Origin: Chitinivibrionales bacterium
GTDB taxonomy: Bacteria > Fibrobacterota > Chitinivibrionia > Chitinivibrionales > WJKA01
Direction: 5' to 3'
Length of the DNA stretch: 64,000 nt
Assembly: GCA_038247415.1 (NCBI GenBank)
Contig: JBBRUX010000003.1
Coordinates: 64,001-128,000, forward strand
Positions 58,093-64,000 of this stretch are shown in pieces. Under the pieces are notes generated by a model. That model was not told the DNA's origin. It saw nothing but the letters and a program-made list of their open reading frames with translations, and did not search any database. Position numbers and translations under genes: made by a program. Numbering within the stretch: position 1 is the first letter of the stretch; each line of letters opens with the position of its first letter.

Positions 58093-61000
58093 TTACTGGG
58101 CGGCTGCGGCTTTAACCTCTTTTTCTAAAACCAAATCGGTTGGACAATTAAATTTTTGGAATACATCTCCAGCAAATGGATGATCTGAAGATGATGTTGC
58201 CATTCTGTACTCCTGCGCAATCGTATACATATTCTGCACATTGAGTTCCCATCGAGCGGTAAATGTTGAGGCATTTGTCTTTGCGATGCGAGCATTGCCT
58301 AAAAGCTTCATAAAACCCCACGCGCCATCGTAAGACATGTCTTGGGCAAAGTTGGTTCCAACAGCAATTTTAAGGTTCGCGCCAAGCGGTTGGGCATCAA
58401 GTGGCCACATAATTTGTACCGATCTTCCCCCCAGAGGTATTTCGTAGGTTTGGCCGTTGACAATGAATGTTGCACCATATTTGTTGGCCGGCTGCGCTGT
58501 TATGGTAATAGCCAACGATCGCGTTGTTCCATCTGGTTTAAAAAAGATGTCTCGGATGCGTTCGGCTGATATAAGCGCTGGGGCTAAATCGGGATTAAAA
58601 GAGAGCGTAACGCTCCCTAGCGATTTGATCATCCAGCCCGAGGAAGTTTTTACCATAAAGGGTGATAATATTCTCTCGTAAAAACCAAAAAAGGTTCCCG
58701 TTGACGGACGAAAAAATTCCATGACATCCGAAAATCCGGCATCTTCTCCACGCGTAGAGAATGGATAACGCCCAGAAAACCGGCTGGTATACACTTTAAT
58801 GATCTCGTCGTGCCATTTGGTGTTGAGGGAGCGTGTGAGTACTGCAGATACCGCATCGCTTGTAAAGGTGATGGGGAGAGTTAGGCAGGGCTTAACTGCA
58901 TCGCCGAGTTTTGCTGGCATTGAGGTGATTTCGTTATTTGCATATTTATACGCCGAAAGGAGCGGGTCTGCATCATTGCCATTAAAATATTGAATAGCTT
59001 GTTGGTCACCTTGCTCGTTTACAGAAGTTAGTTTGTCGGATAAAACAAGGAGTTTGTCTCGATATCCCTGAAAGCCCGACATTGCTCCACCATTAGATCG
59101 GGCAAACAGCCTTAAAGCGTCAAAAATTCCGGTGCCTTCTGTTGAACGCGTAGGAAGCGATAATCCTAATTGGCCTCCAACCGATTCTATTTTGTCTATT
59201 TTTTTCATGAACCCTTTGGTTGCTTTGTTTTTTGATGCAACGTCAAGCGCCGCCGAGCCTGTTTTTTCGAGTTCGTTAACGGATTTAAAAACGGTGTAAT
59301 CTGCAACATTTTGAAGCACTATTTGTAATTCAGATCCATCTGCCGCAAGTTTTTTAAGAAGAAACGAACATCGCTGCAAATCGCCCATTTTATCGAGATA
59401 TATACTCGAGAGAAAATCGAGCCAATGGGTTGAAAAATCTTCTTGGTACGCAGCGAGCATTTCATCGTAAAGTTGTTTGGGATCAAGCGAAGATTCAGGA
59501 ACCTGGTCTTTGGTGATTCCTAAGACCCAGTCTATCGCATAGGGGTTTTTGCTCGCATCGGAAATTGCCTGGCTAACAAGTTGGTCCCAGCCTTGTTGTG
59601 TAAAGAGAAGGCTTACTGTTTTGTTACTTTTGAGGATTCCTTCGCCCGTGCGGCCAAGAATGTTATCGAGCGAAACTGTTTGTGGTGCTTCGGATGAAAG
59701 CCTATTGATAACTGTATTGTAAATAGTCCTGGCATCGGGAAGTCTTTGTAACCGACTACGAGCCGTTGCAACCAGTGGCTGATTTTCTTGCAAAAGGGGA
59801 AACATCTGCCGTTTAAGATAGAATAAATACATGCTGATATTATTGTTAAGTACGATTTCGACATTTTCGGGCAATTTAGATTGATTAATAGTTGCTAAAA
59901 TGGATCGTGTCACCGCTTTGGTGATCATTCCCTTAAGAAATGTTGTATCGATATCTTTGGCACGACCAGAAACCATTTCAGACATTGATAAATAAGATTT
60001 TAAATTATCGTATAAAGCTTGATATTCGTCTCCGGAAATCTCGGTGTAGGCTCCGGTTGCCTGGCGGATATCATATTCAAAGCACTTTTCGGCAGCGTTG
60101 ACAACAAGCATTTCAATCCGGTCGAAATAAACCTTTTTCATTTCGTTAAGAATTCGCGATCCTTGGTAAAATCCAAGATTGCTAAAAAATGGTGCGCCTT
60201 TATCTTCGTAGCGTTGCAAGAGGGCAATTGAGGTGCGGAGTATTTCGAGGGATTCGTAATGCTCAATGACATTTGTTGACCCTTGTGGTAGTGAGGCCAG
60301 ATTACCAGAAAGTGATCCAATAAAATCGGATGAGCGAACCTTTGCCATACTCACAAAAAAGCCGACTATGGCAGCGACTACTACGATACTGCCGATTATT
60401 GCATAATGTCGGATGAGTTCGCTACGAGATCGGGCCTGGGTAGTCTTGACAAGTACTTTATCTCGAACCATAATTTTCGAAAAGAGCGGAAGTGTGAAAA
60501 CCGATGAAACCGTAGGTCCTTTTGTTGATTGACGGGGCGTTGCATCTTTTTGAGATCGGGGCAATGATTTATTAGGATTAAGTGGATGGTTAACGATGGT
60601 TTGTCCTACTGATGGCTCGGAATGTGGGCTGCTCTCTTCTTGGGGGATATCGGTTCTGCGGCAGCTAGTAAAGTAAAAGCCTCTAAAGAGTGGTTTCCCA
60701 ACATAGCTTGAGGGCTTGAAGAGTTCGGTTACAAGCAATGAGAGCTTTTCTTGCATTGCTTCAAAATGTATGACAAAACGGCAAATCATGCGTTTGCGAG
60801 AATCTGCTTTTTCGGTATGGAGGCTGTCGAGCCGAAAGTCGGTGAGCGATTTGCACAGGAGAGAATATTCTTCGGCAAAGGCAACGCGGGGCATCATTTT
60901 TTGCTTTTCGAGTGGAATTGTGGCTCCAAAAACCTGATTTTGGGCAGTGGAAAGATTTTTGCCAAAATACTCGTTAAAACCGGGAATTTCGTCGGCATGA

Positions 61001-61725
61001 TTAAATATAAGGTATACGGGAAATTCTATTCCCCATAAGGCTATGAGTTCATCGATACGACCGCGAAATCCTTTTGCCATAGAACGAATACCGTTATCGT
61101 CGGTGGCCAGCACGGCGGTAGCGTCTACTACAAGCGCAATACCATCGATGGGCCTAATTGGTCGACTTTGCTTAAGTGCTGCGGCAAAAGCTTGCCATTC
61201 ATCGTTTGAGGATTCGTCAAGGAGTTCTCCCGGGAGATCTATCCAGACAGCTTCATTGGCAAATTGCCAATAAATTTGAGAATTTCCCTCGATCTGCGCA
61301 CCATCCCTCTCCGAAGGGTAGGAGAGCGGAAAGGTAAGTCCGGAGCCTTTAAGGAGTGACGATTTTCCTGCACGGGGGGATCCACATAAGAGGAAAAATG
61401 GCCTTTCGTACAGCGCATTTTTGCGCCGGATACCAGAGAACATAACGCTTTTAAGGTAGCGGCCAATCGCTTGATTACAATCGGTGATCATTCTTTGGAG
61501 TGTGGTATTGTTACCAGAAAATGCTACTGTAGCGCGGGGTTTCTTCTTTTTACCCATTGTAATTGTGAGCGTAATGAGCAACAGGTCGGTAACCATCATG
61601 ATGCCAAAGACGATCCAGCCGATCCAGGGATAAAAATTGAGGACACTAAAGATGATTGGAAAAAGTATTGCAATCATAAGAAGTATCGACCAGAGGACAA
61701 TCCGACCAGCAGTAAGTTTTTTCAT
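58093..61725 (-). CDS. tssM: Type VI secretion membrane subunit TssM (IcmF)
   Basis: YERPFFLLCGSPRAGKSSLL, EAVWIDLPG, RPIRPIDGI, FPVYLIFNHADEIPGF.EYF, FRGFYFTS, GRYPF, G.WGFMKLL. Confidence 0.92.
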   Translation of the reverse strand: MKKLTAGRIVLWSILLMIAILFPIIFSVLNFYPWIGWIVFGIMMVTDLLLITLTITMGKKKKPRATVAFSGNNTTLQRMITDCNQAIGRYLKSVMFSGIRRKNALYERPFFLLCGSPRAGKSSLLKGSGLTFPLSYPSERDGAQIEGNSQIYWQFANEAVWIDLPGELLDESSNDEWQAFAAALKQSRPIRPIDGIALVVDATAVLATDDNGIRSMAKGFRGRIDELIALWGIEFPVYLIFNHADEIPGFNEYFGKNLSTAQNQVFGATIPLEKQKMMPRVAFAEEYSLLCKSLTDFRLDSLHTEKADSRKRMICRFVIHFEAMQEKLSLLVTELFKPSSYVGKPLFRGFYFTSCRRTDIPQEESSPHSEPSVGQTIVNHPLNPNKSLPRSQKDATPRQSTKGPTVSSVFTLPLFSKIMVRDKVLVKTTQARSRSELIRHYAIIGSIVVVAAIVGFFVSMAKVRSSDFIGSLSGNLASLPQGSTNVIEHYESLEILRTSIALLQRYEDKGAPFFSNLGFYQGSRILNEMKKVYFDRIEMLVVNAAEKCFEYDIRQATGAYTEISGDEYQALYDNLKSYLSMSEMVSGRAKDIDTTFLKGMITKAVTRSILATINQSKLPENVEIVLNNNISMYLFYLKRQMFPLLQENQPLVATARSRLQRLPDARTIYNTVINRLSSEAPQTVSLDNILGRTGEGILKSNKTVSLLFTQQGWDQLVSQAISDASKNPYAIDWVLGITKDQVPESSLDPKQLYDEMLAAYQEDFSTHWLDFLSSIYLDKMGDLQRCSFLLKKLAADGSELQIVLQNVADYTVFKSVNELEKTGSAALDVASKNKATKGFMKKIDKIESVGGQLGLSLPTRSTEGTGIFDALRLFARSNGGAMSGFQGYRDKLLVLSDKLTSVNEQGDQQAIQYFNGNDADPLLSAYKYANNEITSMPAKLGDAVKPCLTLPITFTSDAVSAVLTRSLNTKWHDEIIKVYTSRFSGRYPFSTRGEDAGFSDVMEFFRPSTGTFFGFYERILSPFMVKTSSGWMIKSLGSVTLSFNPDLAPALISAERIRDIFFKPDGTTRSLAITITAQPANKYGATFIVNGQTYEIPLGGRSVQIMWPLDAQPLGANLKIAVGTNFAQDMSYDGAWGFMKLLGNARIAKTNASTFTARWELNVQNMYTIAQEYRMATSSSDHPFAGDVFQKFNCPTDLVLEKEVKAAAAQ

Positions 61726-61731
61726 GGGTGC

Positions 61732-62478
61732 TTATCTTTGGGAAAGAGATTGGATACGAGTGATAATTGAACGCACTGCAGTTTCGTTGCTTAAGAAGAA
61801 TGCTCCATACAGAATTGCCAGAGAAGCAATGCAGACGGTTGCCGCAATCCAGAGCGGTAAAAGCATGACTTTCCCTTTTGGGGGTTTCCCGCCTTCTGCA
61901 TGATAGGCATGAGGAGAAAGTGTTGTGGATGCATTAACCTTTAGTTTTTTAAGGCGAATGCCAAGGTCTTCGATGATGGTTGCTCGTTCTTGCATATTTC
62001 CGATTTTGTATTTGCCTTCAAATCCGAGTGAAAGACAGAGGTAATAGACAACGAGGACATCTTTCTTTTTTTCGGATTCAAGCAGGATTTTTTCGAGTCG
62101 CTTAAAAAATTCTTGTCCTGCATTGCTATGTCCAAAGAAATCGAGCTGCAAGGGGTGAGAAAGCCAGAAATCGCGGCACTCACCAGGTATCGAAAGAACT
62201 GTTTCGTCAATAAGTGCAACAAGCGCATAGGTAACATCTTCGATAGCTTCTGGATTCATGGCAAACGTTGCGCAGTTTTTCTTAAAAAGATCGAGATAAT
62301 AGGCAATGAGCTTTCGAAGGGCAGCGGGATCGCCAAGGTTTTCGGCCTCTCGCATCCGGATGACAATCAGGAAAAGGTCGGTGCACAGTGAAGAGACGCT
62401 TCTGTTCCCGCCAATTGTTTTAGACAAATCAAGGTTCATGGTTTGTCCAACCATGGTATCTACAAATGATCCTGCCAT
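61732..62478 (-). CDS. tssL: Type VI secretion protein TssL (DotU)
   Basis: YALVALIDE, W...PLQL.FF...NAGQEFF..L, YYLCLSLGFEGKY, C-terminal TM; no OmpA domain. Confidence 0.92.
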   Translation of the reverse strand: MAGSFVDTMVGQTMNLDLSKTIGGNRSVSSLCTDLFLIVIRMREAENLGDPAALRKLIAYYLDLFKKNCATFAMNPEAIEDVTYALVALIDETVLSIPGECRDFWLSHPLQLDFFGHSNAGQEFFKRLEKILLESEKKKDVLVVYYLCLSLGFEGKYKIGNMQERATIIEDLGIRLKKLKVNASTTLSPHAYHAEGGKPPKGKVMLLPLWIAATVCIASLAILYGAFFLSNETAVRSIITRIQSLSQR

Positions 62479-62531
62479 ACTCAGTCATATCCTCGGAAAA
62501 CGGTGGTAATCGAGAGCTACGTGTAGTTACA

Positions 62532-63884
62532 TTAAGCTTTTAGTGCTACTATTTCCAATTTGAGATCGGAATAATTGTTTGGAAAATAAATTGCTATCGA
62601 TGCCGAAAGGGCAACACCCTTCCATAAATCGCTTTGCTGATCGAAACTAAAATAATGATACCCCGGTTTGGTTGACAACGCCTCAGGGGGGCGGGACGTA
62701 TGCATGAGTTGAACACCAGGCATGGCCGATGCTATGAGCATGTCAAGTTTATCGGGAGAACACGATTTGACACGAGAGACAACACCCACAATAAGTTCTT
62801 TTTCTGGGGCCGTAGCGCTAATGGCAAAGTAAAAACGAGCATTGCTCGTAAAGAGTCGTGGATCGGGGCAGCGCGCGACATAGGTAGATGGGCGAACTTG
62901 CTCAAGGGGCATAATAACCGAGCCTGCAGAAATTTCTGCATTCAGTATGGTTCTAAGCAATTGCATGAATCTATCGAGCACTGCACCAAAACTAGCATGA
63001 TCATAGCGAGGCAAATTACGAATAGAGATACTAGAAGAAAATGTACACAATGCGCCTAGAAATTGGGTGAGAAGAGTAAACAGTTCGAAGGGATGCGTTT
63101 CGTTGGCGAGATGATGATGGTTTATAAGTGGTGTATACGTGTTGAGTGTGTAAAGAAGTCGAAATGCAGTTTCTTCTGCTCCGCTAAATTCTGCAAATCC
63201 GCCATCCACTTGTTTTCTGGAAGCAGAAAGGTTTGTGATTTTGGCGAGAAGAATTTCGAGCATAGATCGGAGCTGTGCTCCAATAAAAGGCGATGCGCAG
63301 CAGTAAAGTAGTGGGGGAATAAACTTTTCGTCGAGAGCAATTTGTCCCGATGCGTTGCGAACGAGGCGACAAATGGGCAACGATGCGTGGTCATCGATGG
63401 TTTCGTCGCTAAAAAGGATGCGGAAGTTGTATGAACCAATTTCTACATTTTTTTTCTGAACGCCGAATACTTCATCGGTCACTGAAATTTCTTTTCCGCT
63501 AAATCGGGTATTCTGGCCTTCAGATTGCACAGAGGCAACGTCTGGTTTTCCTTCTATTACATACGGCAATGCCATAAAAACATCAAGGGATTGTCGTTCT
63601 GGGGTAAAATGATCGACAAAAGACCTTGGAATAGGCAATGGCCCTTTCAAGGGAACGTCAAAGGCAACACCATCGGGAAGAACCCCGCGTGCTCTCGTAA
63701 TTGAAATAAGATTGCTTCCAATTGCATCTGGATCCACCACAATTTCGGTAAATCCCGCACAATAGGTGTTTTGTGCCTTAAACCGCATTTGAAGAGAATC
63801 GAGAAGAAATCGCTCATTTTGCTGGAAATGATGAGGTTGTAGAAACATTCCCTCTTTCCAGATTACCTTAGATGTATCGAGCAC
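62532..63884 (-). CDS. tssK: Type VI secretion baseplate subunit TssK
   Basis: KVIWKEGMFLQPHHFQQ, GVLPDG, FIPPLL, HPFELF, YDH, AMPGV; AAGGAG SD before GTG. Confidence 0.93.
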   Translation of the reverse strand: MLDTSKVIWKEGMFLQPHHFQQNERFLLDSLQMRFKAQNTYCAGFTEIVVDPDAIGSNLISITRARGVLPDGVAFDVPLKGPLPIPRSFVDHFTPERQSLDVFMALPYVIEGKPDVASVQSEGQNTRFSGKEISVTDEVFGVQKKNVEIGSYNFRILFSDETIDDHASLPICRLVRNASGQIALDEKFIPPLLYCCASPFIGAQLRSMLEILLAKITNLSASRKQVDGGFAEFSGAEETAFRLLYTLNTYTPLINHHHLANETHPFELFTLLTQFLGALCTFSSSISIRNLPRYDHASFGAVLDRFMQLLRTILNAEISAGSVIMPLEQVRPSTYVARCPDPRLFTSNARFYFAISATAPEKELIVGVVSRVKSCSPDKLDMLIASAMPGVQLMHTSRPPEALSTKPGYHYFSFDQQSDLWKGVALSASIAIYFPNNYSDLKLEIVALKA

Positions 63885-64000
63885 ACGAATCTCCTTGTCG
63901 AAAAAATGCGTGAAACCTAGTGTAAGACAATTATTTTACTACAGTATCGGAATAAATAATATATTGTGTACAAAATAAAATGTGCTCGTGTCTGTTTTTT

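Overview
Bacterial chromosomal window, standard genetic code. The gene repertoire (Minf_1886/TIGR04138 protein, FlgD/T9SS-like C-terminal tail, QueH, anaerobic activase) suggests an anaerobe, possibly Fibrobacterota-like; this is inference only. Most of it is housekeeping: hrpA, recD2, mtnA, alr, hisI, proA, yajC, def, queA, queH, PTS enzyme I, five tRNAs and a 29-aa bS22/COX24-type gene missed by the ORF track. Notable accessory items: (1) an integrase-less 1.9-kb three-gene cassette in tRNA-Pro(GGG), flanked by perfect 54-bp direct repeats; it may be a toxin-antitoxin-chaperone-like defence module, and its putative toxin is frameshifted. (2) A ~410-nt non-coding element after tRNA-Phe with many nested and crossing stems, preceded by seven 11-bp tandem repeats. 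(3) A 1446-aa PlsA/Ger-like activase fusion divergent from a lipid operon. (4) A sigma-54 operon containing its own two-component activator. (5) A glycogen phosphorylase with a degenerate active site, coupled to PTS enzyme I. (6) A triply disrupted PHP-ATPase (TrlF/Ppl-like) defence gene paired with an AlbA_2 gene. (7) A tssK-tssL-tssM type VI secretion trio with no adjacent tssJ. All family calls come from motif recognition by eye; no database searches were run.
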